Assembly (NCBI RefSeq): GCF_006345805.1 | Contig: NW_021834719.1 | Location: forward strand, 1-26,250 | DNA length: 26,250 bases | Direction of reading: 5' to 3' | Source: Octopus sinensis | Taxonomy: Eukaryota | Shown here: positions 10,976 to 22,209 of the stretch, one piece after another | Layout of the letters: the number at the start of each line of letters is the position of its first letter | How positions within the stretch are numbered: position 1 is the stretch's first letter | Notes under the pieces: generated by a model | Seen by the model: the letters and a program-made list of their open reading frames with translations, nothing else | The model's database searches: none | What the model was told of the DNA's origin: nothing | Made by a program: the position numbers and the translations under genes

Positions 10976-11199
10976 ACAACTGTTATGCTTCGGACGAATC
11001 TTGAATCGATAGATGACCAAAGACACTTACCCACAAACAAAAGAACGTGCGAATAGATGGCGGGGAGGATGGCTCTAGGCATGACTCAAGCGAAACTCTT
11101 CTAGGGCAACGCGAAAGAACTTTAAACTAACTAACTAGTTTCGTAATCAACTTAATTACTATTCTTGTGAGTTTGTGATTAGATACTATCCTTTCTGAC

Positions 11200-11400
11200 A
11201 ATCGAAATGATGCTGGAAACTAATCTACCAATCAAGCCAATAATATCGGGAAATTCTTAAGTATTTATTTGAAGTATTAAATTTTAGATTCTAGTTGTTA
11301 TTGATTCAATTTTGAAGCATGCAATGGTTAAGGTTGCAACTTTCAAAAACTCCAAAGTCTTGCTAATAATCAATTCCGATAATGGAAGAAAGTTTAATGG
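11200..11400 (+). mobile_element. Collapsed Ginger/Gypsy-like integrase core fragment
   Basis: PIKPII, ILVVIDS and INSDNGRKF motifs with shortened spacing. Confidence 0.55.
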
Positions 11401-11434
11401 TTGAGTTATGTGCATCTCTCAAACCCCATAAAAG

Positions 11435-11530
11435 TACGTCTGTAAAATGCCCATCTTACTGTATAACTCAGGAACATGAGGACTGAATTGAAATTTTTTA
11501 AAAATCTCAGTGCTTTTCACAGGAAATAAT
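11435..11530 (+). mobile_element. RTE-like LINE fragment
   Basis: PILLYNSGT*GL...NLSAFHRK. Confidence 0.6.
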
Positions 11531-11539
11531 TTTTAACTC

Positions 11540-11790
11540 AGAGAGCTCTCACCTCCGCGGGAGTTCCGTCATCCTCGAACCGGTTGGGCTGGATAGAAGT
11601 TGTTTACGACTCGGTCTTCGCCTATGTGAGCCACATTTCTGCCGCTGTGGGCGAAAATCTGTCGCTTTGGTCAACACGCGCTATCATGTAAACGCAGCGC
11701 TGGCCATATGCTCTAAAAGATCTCATCAGAAAAGCCTTAGAAGTCGCCGGAATCCCCTCCATACTCGAGCCACTGGGATCGACCAAGAGG
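11540..11790 (+). mobile_element. Mosaic of two CRE-like REL fragments
   Basis: [17 protein letters not shown] is followed by DNA closely matching the reverse complement of about 21390-21585. Confidence 0.8.
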
Positions 11791-11959
11791 CCCTTTGATG
11801 CAGGTCTGAATAATTCGATCTCTCTTGACGCTGTCAAAAGCGTTTTTGAAATCGAGTTTAACAGCGATCTAGAAAAAAATCTATATAAGACTGATTGTGT
11901 TCCTCAATTTGTCGAGTACAAAGATGTTTGGCTTGTTATCAACCTCGGAAAATAATAAA

Positions 11960-13065
11960 TATAGTTTTTATAAACAGTTTAATCAAAATAACAACGTCAG
12001 GAAGTGAGCGGCCAAGCTCGATCTGCGAGCGCGACGGGGCAGAAGTCCAGTCGAACGGATTGCTTGCGCGTTGCCGCGCACGATTGCAAGCGAGATCCTC
12101 TGCCTCAGCCAAGAGGACTCCGAGCATCCATTTTCGTCCGAGTAATGAGGATACCGAGGTCTTTCATGAAGTATGAGGTGAGCGGACCGGAAGCGCCTGA
12201 TGTCTCAAAAGCCAGAGGCACGAAGGAATGCTGAGTGGCAAGATTCTTGTACTTTTCGACTTTGCAGGCTTCCGCCAAAGCAGCGGCCGAACCGAAAGAA
12301 GAAGCAGATGGCAATAAAGCGGATGGGGACCACGTGTCTGCACACGTGGCATCCCAGATCAAGCAATTGCTATTCCGGAATGGGAACGTGGTCATCCCAT
12401 TCGGGAGTTTGCCTTCCCCTCTGTCAAATCCGGCGGGTTCTAGTACATTGGGGAAGCCAGCAGCATTGAGTGCTCTTGAGATTACGTCGTTGATTGCTCC
12501 ATGGCGAGGCGAGCGGCCTGCGCTGCGGCGGCAGGAGAGGGGGTGAAGGCCTTTCACGTCCACAGTACCTCCGCATCGGCAGGGATGAGGGGCGCAGACA
12601 TCAAGCCCCAGCAGAAGAGCAACCCCGATACGCAGTGTTTCGTTGTCTAATAGGGAACCCGTCGATGACGTTGGGTAAGCGTCGAGCCAGGATCCACTAT
12701 GCTCGTGTGCTGCAGCAAGCAAGCACGCTTGGCGGTGTTGGTCCAAGGCCGGTTGGAGCGTAGAGAACGAGTGTGCTGCCCAGATCTCGTCCCAATCCCT
12801 CTGTCTGGACATCTCAGAAGGGATCTGAAGGTTGGAGTTGGTCCAGAATTTCAGGAGGTCGGCAACTCCAGAGAGAGTTTGTTGAAGGGGAGTAGAACCT
12901 CTCGGACAAGTTGACGGCTTCTGGAAATTGAAGAGAAATGTGCATGTGGCGCCAGATCTTTAGGCGAGCGAAGACCGATCCCTCCGAACCTGACGGGAAG
13001 TTTTGCAGGCGTCCAACTGATTTCGTCAAAGGAAATGCTCAAAACTGCTTCCGAAAATCTTTTCA
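11960..13065 (-). mobile_element. 5'-truncated, frameshifted CRE-like retrotransposon
   Basis: LPVRFGGIG, SGSWL, CRCG..HPLSC, WDAT, ETSG and QRISLAIVRGNA motifs. The catalytic PD reads PN. Confidence 0.9.
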
Positions 13066-13392
13066 TTAACAATCTGATCAAACTTAAAGAGCTCGCATAT
13101 ATAGATTTATATTATAGATTAAATTTTGTGCGATAGAATAATAATCAATCGAAAACAAGGTATGCAGGTCAATTTCCGAAATGTAATATCCGGATCTCAA
13201 ACTGCAAAGAATAGCACTAACAAAAATTCAAAAGCATGTTTACATAAATTTATTATTTTATTTTTTACAAAATACTTTAATGAAATATTGTAATAAAGTA
13301 ATTTAGGCGATTTCTCATCTTTGAATAATACAGAGTTTAATTCTGATTGTTTAAAAATCGATTAAAAATTGCTTATAATTATTATATATTCA

Positions 13393-13536
13393 AGGAGAAA
13401 CGATCAAAGAGAAACGATCATCGGGAACGGACATGGCTATTCCAACGCGTATCAATAGTGATCTTGCGTGGGAATTGCCATTCATCTTATCCTCTGCTGC
13501 TAATTAAATATTTAACACTTTTCTTTTTAAAAAAAT
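13393..13536 (+). mobile_element. Short CRE-like 3'-end copy
   Basis: DHRERTWLFQRVSIVILRGNCHS. Sister copy of 7574-7693. Confidence 0.8.
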
Positions 13537-13539
13537 AAA

Positions 13540-14308
13540 TGATGAAAGTATGTATTGCCTTATTAGTCAGTTATTAAAACTTTCCTGAGTGGTATGTTGA
13601 TATGACGGGCATTCTCATCAAATAGAGACGGTGGATCGTCTTGGGCAAATAAAAAAGTGTCAAGAAAGTTTTGATATCATTAAAAAAATAGGGAACTCAA
13701 TCGAAAAATATATCTCTGTTATTAGTGATTTAATCGATGAATTTGAAACACGTTTGAATGATTTTAAAGAACCTCTACATATTATGAAAATATTTCCGTC
13801 ACCTATGGGAACAAATACTGCAACCGCTTCATGTATGAGCTGGAGCTAATTTAAATTGAGGCAGATTTACAGCGCTATTTAATTTAAGTAAACTATTGGA
13901 TTTTTGGAGTCAAATTCAAGAATGAAAATATCCGAACTTGGTCGATAATGCTAAAAAATGTATCAGTCTTTGGAAAAACGTATGATGTGTAGATCTTTTC
14001 AGTAAACTTATGCGAATAAAAAGTAAGTATCGAAATCGACTAACTAGTGAACACCTAATTCAACTTTACGAACTTTGTCTTTGAACTTTACCCCTCTTTT
14101 CAATAAAATAGTAGACGCCAAGCAAAATCAAGTCTCACATTGATTCTCTTATTAACTAATAAAGCCTTTTTTGATCAAATAAAATATTTTTTGTGCGGCC
14201 CGGAATGATACTCATAATTATCGATTTAGTCCTTAAGCTAAAAAGATTGAGAACTCTTACTCTTAATTATTGATCTGGCCCTTGAGCTACAAATGTTGAG
14301 AATCACTG
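13540..14308 (+). mobile_element. Degenerate GTF2IRD2/Buster-like hAT 3' half with duplicated right end
   Basis: EFETRLNDFK, KSKYRNRLT and QVSH* (stop at 14141-14143). The terminus is homologous to 25280-25354. Confidence 0.85.
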
Positions 14309-14989
14309 CTAGACATAAAATCGGACTGCACGGTACTGTTTTATTAGTGTTGAACATGAAGTTTGCGGCCTGCATGTTTGACACTCATCGTCTAAGATAT
14401 CTATGTTCGATAGTAGAACCATCCGTATAGGTGGTGCCTGCTTAAGAGAGAGTTTTTTCCATCATGTTAAAGTCCACTGCTTCAGAAAGGCTGTGACTAA
14501 CTCGTAAACAGCTGAGTTTGTGCGTTGGGCTAGAGTTTTTTTCGTTTGGTCATTTTTAGATTTTAGTGGAAATACCCTGTTTTTTTAAATCTTCTATCGC
14601 TTCATTTGTAAAGTCAGATTGGGAGGAAACAGCGATTTAGAGTTCAGTAATTTTACTTGTAGGGGGATATAAATAGGATTCCGTGTAAATTGGAAGGATG
14701 TAAGGTTGACTCTGATCAAAAAAGCAAAAGAGATTCCAAGATCGATTTCTAGAAAGAAAAAAAGTCAGCCAAGTCTAACTAGCAAATCCGAAAATTAAAT
14801 GAAAAGCCCAGCTTTTAATGAAGTTTTTTTCTACTAGGAGAGAGGATATGTCTCTGAACTAAATCTTTTGTTTAACTATGATCACTTGAAGATCACTGTT
14901 TATAAATAGCTCGTGCCATTTGTAAATAGCGATTAGCGACATGAAACTGATAAAAAAAGGATGGCTATTTGCAGAAAGAAAATAATTTG

Positions 14990-15420
14990 CAGAAATAGGG
15001 TGTAATTGAGCGCTTTAATCAAACATTGACACGGGGTATGGAAAAACTGATAGATAATAAAAATTGGAAACATTTTTTAGACAAAGTTACGTTTTTATAA
15101 TACGACACATCACTCGGCAATAAATGAGACTTTCTTCAAAAAGTATAGAGATATATCTGGAATTTAACGTGCCATTCGTGAAATATTAGGTTATAATCTC
15201 ACTTATAAGTTAGATGAAAATAATGAGGCCTCGTTTGTAGTAGATAAACTTGATAGAAAATATACGATGTATTTTTTAGAAACGAATAATAAAATTTTTG
15301 ATTTTACTCCTCCAGAAATGAATTCATTTTATTTTAAAAGAATGAATAAAAAGATGGTAGTACACAAGTCAAAATATGATTTTGAATTAAGAAATGAGAT
15401 ATAATTAAATAAAAACAGTT
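14990..15420 (+). mobile_element. Ginger/Gypsy-like integrase C-terminal half (pseudogene)
   Basis: GVIERFNQTL...W...LDKVTF/YNTTHHSAINET, the catalytic E helix and following motif. Confidence 0.75.
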
Positions 15421-15744
15421 TAGGTTAGAATTTTAAAAGATTGTGGGGACGAATCTTTCATTGAAACTACACAGATTTGAATCCCCATATGAAGAAAAGG
15501 GGAAAAAATATAATGTCTAATAACAGATTAATGTGAGAAACTACACTTTAAATGAAAAATTTCAAATTTTATCCAGAAAAAAAATGATGAGACTATTAAG
15601 AAAATATAGATTTTTCTGCAATAAGATATGAATGATTATCCTTCTTTACTTCTTTTTGTTGGTAGCTTCTTTTTACCTGGAAATGATTGATTGGCTGTAA
15701 TTTCAATGAAAATGATTAATGGATTCTGATTAATATAATGTAAA

Positions 15745-15935
15745 TACAAGGAAAGAGTATTCTTTGGACCTAAAACAAAAAGTTGTAACAGCCTACCAAA
15801 AAGGTAAAAAAATATGGAAGATTTTTACACTGTTGACATCACCAGAAAGTACTGCTTGGTATATTATTACTCCATGAAAACAACACGGAACTGTTATTAA
15901 TCTCTGTAGATTGGTCGTCAGAAAAGTTTCTGTTC
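15745..15935 (+). mobile_element. Tc1-like transposase N-terminal HTH fragment
   Basis: KEYSLDLKQKVVTAYQKG...PESTAWYII...HGTVINL. Confidence 0.7.
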
Positions 15936-16055
15936 ATAGCGTCAAAAACCAACATGCATGTAACAACAAAAAAATAAAAATGATATTTGAATTCAGTAAA
16001 AGAAGAAGCAATAAACCAAATAGAGAGACATTGTTAAACTTTAGATGACTTGTCC

Positions 16056-16797
16056 TTAGGATTTATTAGTCAAATCCTTAGGATTAATGATAGTGACACT
16101 GTCAGGCAACAATTTTTTAGGTCCCTTGACGCCAGTTGGGTCATGTGGCTTCATAATAGTGACTTGTATACCGATGACACCTACAAATATGAATAGTCAT
16201 TACCTGATTTCATCTGAATCCCTGTCACAGCCCTGTCCAAATAGTAGTTGGGAGCATCCCCGGAGTGAATCAAATAACCGTCCACAAATTTAGAACACCT
16301 GGCCCTCTGACCGCGAAGTTTTCCGGACACTTTGACCTCAACTCCGTTTGCACCCGCCCCCATGCATAACTTGATAGTCGAATGGGCTGCCCTCCTCACC
16401 GCCAACCCACTTATCAGCTTGTAACGAATAGACTCCACCTGTGCCACTGCACTAAGCCCTTTATCTTGAAGACGTTCGACAGATATCTTGACTAACTAAC
16501 AAATAGAGTACTTCGATTTGATCTGTGGGGAATCCAAAGCGAGAAGATATCAGTCCTTTCATTTCTCTAATCTTCAATCCCCGATCAGCAGCGATTTGCT
16601 GAGGGCGAGTGGCCATTAGGACAATTTCAATCTTCTTTGGATGATGACGAATGGAGACATCCGATAATCCCTCTTCACGGAATATTCTCATCATTGTTGA
16701 CTTTAGTTCAGTTCTTAGTAGACCTTCGGCCACAAACTAGTAATATTAAAATATTTGATACTCGTTTCTTCATCGAGAGATTGTCTTGTCCGTACAT
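16056..16797 (-). CDS. RPS3: 40S ribosomal protein S3 (uS3), 222 aa; exons 16797-16762, 16736-16512, 16486-16204, 16180-16056
   Basis: Removing three GT-AG introns (25, 25, 23 nt) gives an unbroken 669-nt frame: [17 protein letters not shown]...GLAVRRA...[10 protein letters not shown]...IHSGD...DPTG..GPKK.LPD. Confidence 0.97.
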
Positions 16798-16919
16798 GCC
16801 ACTAGAACTACAGGTGAGAAATTATTCAAATGTAGAAAATATAATTAATTTAAACTTTAATTAATTATGATAACAATAAAAAAGTTATCTTGCATAAACA
16901 GGCTGAAAAATAAATGTGA

Positions 16920-17320
16920 TTTTCACTTGACTTTAGCCACTTCTTCATTTTTTGGAAGTCATTGTGTAATACAACTGGTAACGTCATCCTTGGTCGACCA
17001 CGAAAGCATTCCCTCTCAAACATGAAATAATCCTCCATCGCCAGATTAGCTGGGGCAGCGAAATTTACACGCAGAATATGGCCATACAGTTTTCATTTGG
17101 CGTCAGTGATATCCAGGCTTAAGGCCTACTTGTGCATTTGTTGTAAATTCCAGCATTTGAAATTCTGGCAGGCCAGTGCATTACAAATAAAATCCCAAGC
17201 TGTTTTTTGTAAAACGCACTGAAAGCCGTTGATTTCACATTCATACAGGCACAAGTGCCAACATTTAACAATATTATCGACTTTAAAAATAAATTTTACA
17301 TATGCATCCGTAGATTGACA
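16920..17320 (-). mobile_element. RTE-like LINE C-terminal remnant
   Basis: AFYKKQL...HWPARISN, KLYGHILR...PAN.AM and FRGRPRMTLPVVL. Confidence 0.7.
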
Positions 17321-17609
17321 TTGAGTTCTTTCGGAAGTGTTGTCCTCTTTTGAGTTTTTTATTGCTACCTCAGAAGTGTTGTCCTTTTGATGTTATATTC
17401 TGTTTCAGCCAGTAGGAATCCAAGCTTGTTGACGTGTCGCTAACATTCTAATTTAAATTTTGAATAAAAAATTATAAAAATTAACGTATATTTTTATTTT
17501 GTAGGTGTGTTCCAGAGCGAAGTTTATTCACCTTACTTTCTGAACTTTTCGTTTGTTCAATAAAAAAAATGTTAATATTTTTAAAACACGACATATAGAT
17601 ATTTTTATA

Positions 17610-17900
17610 TTAATTATCCCGCCATGGATTATTGATCCATTCATCATAAAACTTTTCGCAGTTGAGATCGAGAAACAAAAAGACATGGATTTGCAATCTG
17701 ACATCATGACGTTTTAGGTTACACTGATTTACCAAAAAATTCCCAAATCTATGGACAAGTCAATTTTTTAATTGCTTTTGCATCTACCTATTTAATTGAA
17801 TGTGGCTTTAGAAAAGTAGTACGACATACAAAATCGAGGAATAGACTTGATGTTGTCAATAGAGGTAATCTACGAACACAATATCAAATATAATTCCCAA
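17610..17900 (+). mobile_element. Buster-type hAT C-terminal remnant
   Basis: IPPWIIDPF...STYLIECGF...TKSRNRLDV. Confidence 0.75.
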
Positions 17901-18029
17901 AAGGCCAAATTTTTTAATTTTTCTAAATTTAACTATTTTATTTTAACTTTAAAAAATTGAAAATAGTGGCCAGTAACAGAAATTTCCAAGTAACTGAATT
18001 TTTCCTATAAAATTTTATTTTTCGTAAAA

Positions 18030-18072
18030 AAGTGGCGACTAAGTGGGGTGGAGACTATCCAGGGTTTGACTG
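18030..18072. repeat. Orphan pogo-type TIR (right end) followed by TA
   Basis: Reverse complement cagtcaaaccctggatagtc. TA at 18073-18074. Confidence 0.6.
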
Positions 18073-18214
18073 TATTTATTTGCAACGATATGTTTTGTAT
18101 AAAAAATATTTTTTGAATTTAAATAATTTACGTGACAAATTTGATTTTTTCTTTTTGATGAATACAATATTTTATTTAAATACTGAATAGTTAATAAGGT
18201 AGGGGAAGTTTAAT

Positions 18215-18390
18215 TTGAATTAGTCACCGTACGGATGGACAGGCAATTTTTACGTAATATCGCGAGCGATATCCGTTGGAAAAGCCAGCTCGACTGTCGT
18301 GACTTCTGTCTTGAACAGGAATATTGTAGACTTGTCAGGACGTTTTTGGTCTAGCCTAACTGGTTCCAGTACTGAGGGGAATCCAGCGTA
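18215..18390 (-). mobile_element. Internally deleted CRE-like fragment
   Basis: VLEPVRLDQKRPD..TIF joined to SWLFQRISLAILRKNCLSI. Confidence 0.75.
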
Positions 18391-18797
18391 TAAATGATAC
18401 ATTATTAGATAATAGATTTAAAAGCAGAATTTGGGTTGGCCTTCGGTTGGATTAGACTCATTTCACAAATTTTGTTAGAACAGACCATTAAAAAATAATC
18501 GATCATAGAAGTATCATTAGAAATTTAAAAAATTATTCTTTTTTGAGAAGAAAAATATTATTGCATACTCGCAACGGGAAGGAATTCGTCATTCGATTAG
18601 CAATTTTTTTACGATAATTCGTGTCGGTGTTTAATGGCAACGGCTTTTTGTCAACCTGGGTTAACTAAAGACCGGTCAAAATTAATAAAAATATATAAAT
18701 GACATTTTAATTTTGCCCTACGGATTATTCTTGGTGTAAAAAATTATTTTTAAAATTTTTAGTGAAATGTTTAATTAGAAATTACAAAATGTAAATA

Positions 18798-18860
18798 CAG
18801 TAAACTCTTTCGAATCCGCCATTTTTGGTTCCTGATCGAAATTTTTGGAATTCTGGAGGA
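18798..18860. repeat. Orphan pogo/Tigger-type TIR (left end)
   Basis: TA + cagtaaactctttcgaatccgcc, same family as the TIR ending at 1719. Confidence 0.7.
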
Positions 18861-21800
18861 TTTGTTTCCAATTTTTTAATTGATATTCCTATTTTTAAAA
18901 TCGGCGATCCAGTTGTCAGACGGGTGTATGTTGACAATAATAAAAAAACACGGAAAAGTGCCTTAAATGAGCACATGTTAAAGGAGTATCTGCCACGGGA
19001 ATGATTGATCTAAAAGCAGAAGATGGTAGTGTGATTGAAGAAAATAGCAGAGACTCAGCGAAGCTAGAATAGCTTAACCAAAAATTAATTCAATGACATT
19101 TATATTATCAAAAATAAAAATGATTTAGTGAATAATTTGAATATTTTAAAGCAAACTTGTAGTAATTCTACAACGCCAAGTTGTAAGATTTTCTTACAAA
19201 TTAATTTTAATAAGATTATTAAGGTGATAACAGGAACAAAGATTTTCTTACATCTTTTCCGAAAATGATCAAGAAAAGGTGTTCAGCAATTTACTTTTAA
19301 TCAAAATTTATTTCAGTGTAACACCGGCAATCGAGTCTTCAGGAGGGTGCATCTTGACTCTTCTTTGGGGACAATGCTGCCCAAACAGCCATTCAATATG
19401 TGGTACGTCGTTGTTGAGCTGACCCTTGCAGCTTAGCTTGCACCTAATCTCATTCTCATTTTTTTGATCAAATATTTATTGTCATAACTTAGAATAAGGT
19501 AAGTTATAATTTGCAATCATTAGTATAGAACTTATTTTATCTATCATTAGTATGGAACGTTTGTTGTTTTGTTATTTGACTTTCTAAATCAGTATATTAA
19601 GTATCGATTTTTTAGCTGCTCGTATTTAACCGTATCTAATTGTAACCGGTCACAATTATTAATTTCTACTTAATGCATCTTCTTTCAGTGGATTCTCCTC
19701 CTCTTCGAGCCAGAGCCAATCTCTTCGATGGGAACACTCATCTATCTTACAGATCGCCCTAGTCTGTGGTCATTCTCAAGTTCGATCCAATGGCCTCACT
19801 TGACAAAGCTTCCTCCGTTGTTTCATTTGTAAACTGAGTCATTTGGGATTCTTCAGTTGGAATCATTCCAAACTTATTTTCTGTACGGATACTGTCCAAT
19901 ATTTCCGTATAACCACAAATGCTCTTCAGTAGTGTTTCTTCGCATAATAAGCAATTAAAAAACAAAAATCGTTCCTTTTCATGAATACGTGTATATGAAA
20001 TTTCCGCGACGTTTAAACACTCTTCATTTCGGAAGTATGCATAGCATGCTATCTCTCTTCTGAGTGTACTTTTTTAGCTCTTGAACTTTAAGCGTGCAAG
20101 TCTAAAACATCATATCGATGTGGAAATCGATCAAATGAAAACTTCATCGAAAAATTTAGCCCCCACCACATTGCATTTTTAGTGCAAATTGATTTTGCTT
20201 AATTTCTCTAAATATAAACATTACGGTTGATTCCAATTGGTCGGAATATCTTTACTCTAAAGTACCAAAAGTTGTTCAACAGTGCTTTTTCTTGAATTTT
20301 CATTGACCTCTAAATGGCCTTTCCTACTTCAAACCTAACATTATTAAAAGTTTAGTAGAATAAATTCAATTAAATAAACATCCTGGAATCTTTTAAAGTG
20401 GGCTTCTTCAACGCCTCTCCATTACCGTAATCCGCGGAAACTGTTCCGCAATCCGTGCGGCTGGGAGGGCGCCCTAAACTGCGTAGTCTTAAGCAAACTT
20501 TCTCCTTTTCTAACTGTCTTTGATTTAACTTCAAATTTGTAAAAAATAATTAAACACTGTTGATTTAAACACTGAGATATTCTATTTTAGATAAAGATGC
20601 TTCTAAATCTCACAAGTTTGGGAGCAAGTTTGGTTAAATAACATCAGCCATATGGATCCAGTGTACTTGTGTAATTTTCATACTTTTCCACCACTTTTAT
20701 TGTCCTCAATACTTTTTCTACCCTTCGATATAGGTTTGACATGGGCACTCCTTAATTAACAGTATTTTGATTCCAGTTCTAAATTCGATTGGTAAGCTGT
20801 AAATATTTGGGCTCTTTTTCTTTCTTCTTTTGTTATTACTATTTACCTATACTTTTATTTTGACTTCACAGCTACATTTTGAATTGAATATTCGTCATAT
20901 TTAATTACAAAATTATTAATTAATCTATTTTATCAAATTATTATGTAATACTTTTTTTTTTTTTTTTTTTTAATGAAAACCAACCAATAACTACAAGTTA
21001 AGCCGACGCCGACGACGCCGACGCGATCGAGAAAGAATTAGAGCGTACTATCGCAAGGGATATCCGCTCGAAAAACCATTTTGATTCGCGGGCGTCGCCT
21101 GTGATGGCAGACATGCGGGATCCGATTTCCTGAGCGAAGCTGATTGCCTTACTGCCCAAGGAACCGGAAGTCTCAACCGCGAATGGAAGGAATTGGAACT
21201 TCTCCGTAAGTGAGGAGTACTTCCGCATCTTTTTGCATTCCGCGGTTGTGACAATAGATCCAGGAGCGGAGGCCGACATCAGCAGGTTCTGAGGCGAGAA
21301 AGAGTCCACACACGTGGCATCCCAGGTGAGAGGCTTCCCCCTGTTGAAAGGAACACAGTTATCCCGTCAGGCCTTTTCCGTCCCCCCGATCGATCCCAGT
21401 GGGTTCAAGCAGGGAGGGGATTCCGGCGACTTCCAGTGCTCTCCTGATAAGGTCGTTAAGAGCGGCGTGACGCGGGATGCGGCCAGCACTGCGTCTGCAC
21501 GATAGAGCGTGCAATCCAAAGCGACAGATTTTCGCGCCACAGCGGCAGACATGTGGCTCGCATAGGCGAAGACCGAGACGTAAACAGATTCCAGTGCGTA
21601 CGGACTCGCAGTCCAGAAGGTTCCCAATGCTCGGCAGTGGAGTGGCATTTAGCCAGGCTCCGCTGTGAGGGCGACATGCCGTCTCAAAGCAGGCCAAGCG
21701 GTGTTGGTCGAAAGATGTACGTAAAGATTGGATTCGGGATTGTAGGCGGACTTCGTCCCAAACAAATTGCTTATGCTGATCCTCTGGGATTTCCAGTCCT

Positions 21801-22209
21801 AGCGAGTGCCACTTTACGACCGCCGATGATAACTCAGAGGGCACGTAATGTTCAAAATCGGTTGGAAGAACCGTGCCCATGAGTTTCTGGCATGAAGAAA
21901 GTGACGACAGGTAGGCAGGCAGTGCAACATCATTCGGACACCGAATTCCAAGGCCTCCGTGGCGTACGGGGAGTGAAGCTTGACTCCACCCCAAGAGTCG
22001 AACTCGACATTGCATATTGATTCGATCTTCGAACGAAGGGAGTCGCCGAGATCAGTGAGAATGTCCTCATTTAGGTAACAAGGTGCACTTCTGAGGTTAG
22101 AGCAGGGTTGTTAGATTTAAATCATTTGATTTTAATCAACAATAAAAATCAATGATTTAAATCATTAAAAAAAATCAAAAAAATCAAAAAATCATTTAAA
22201 TTTTTTTAA

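Noticed and set aside
11895-12914. Many overlapping plus-strand ORFs (also at 21314-21882 and 25620-25898)
   Set aside because: They are shadow frames of GC-rich CRE-like coding sequence.
14400-14950. Coding-like unassigned stretch
   Set aside because: The frames I read contain stops and no motif I could recognise.
16056-16797. Ciliate-type alternative genetic code suggested by the tiny introns
   Set aside because: RPS3 and the hAT transposase read with the standard code, use CAA/CAG for Gln and end in TAA. Stops elsewhere co-occur with frameshifts.
1675-18860. Similar pogo TIRs at 1719 and 18798 bounding one large element
   Set aside because: They face outward and so belong to separate elements. 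The inward-facing pair 6506/18072 differs after about 10 nt.
22115-22200. aaatca repeat array as a CRISPR or satellite
   Set aside because: These are hAT subterminal transposase-binding repeats mirrored at 25420-25510, with no repeat-spacer structure.
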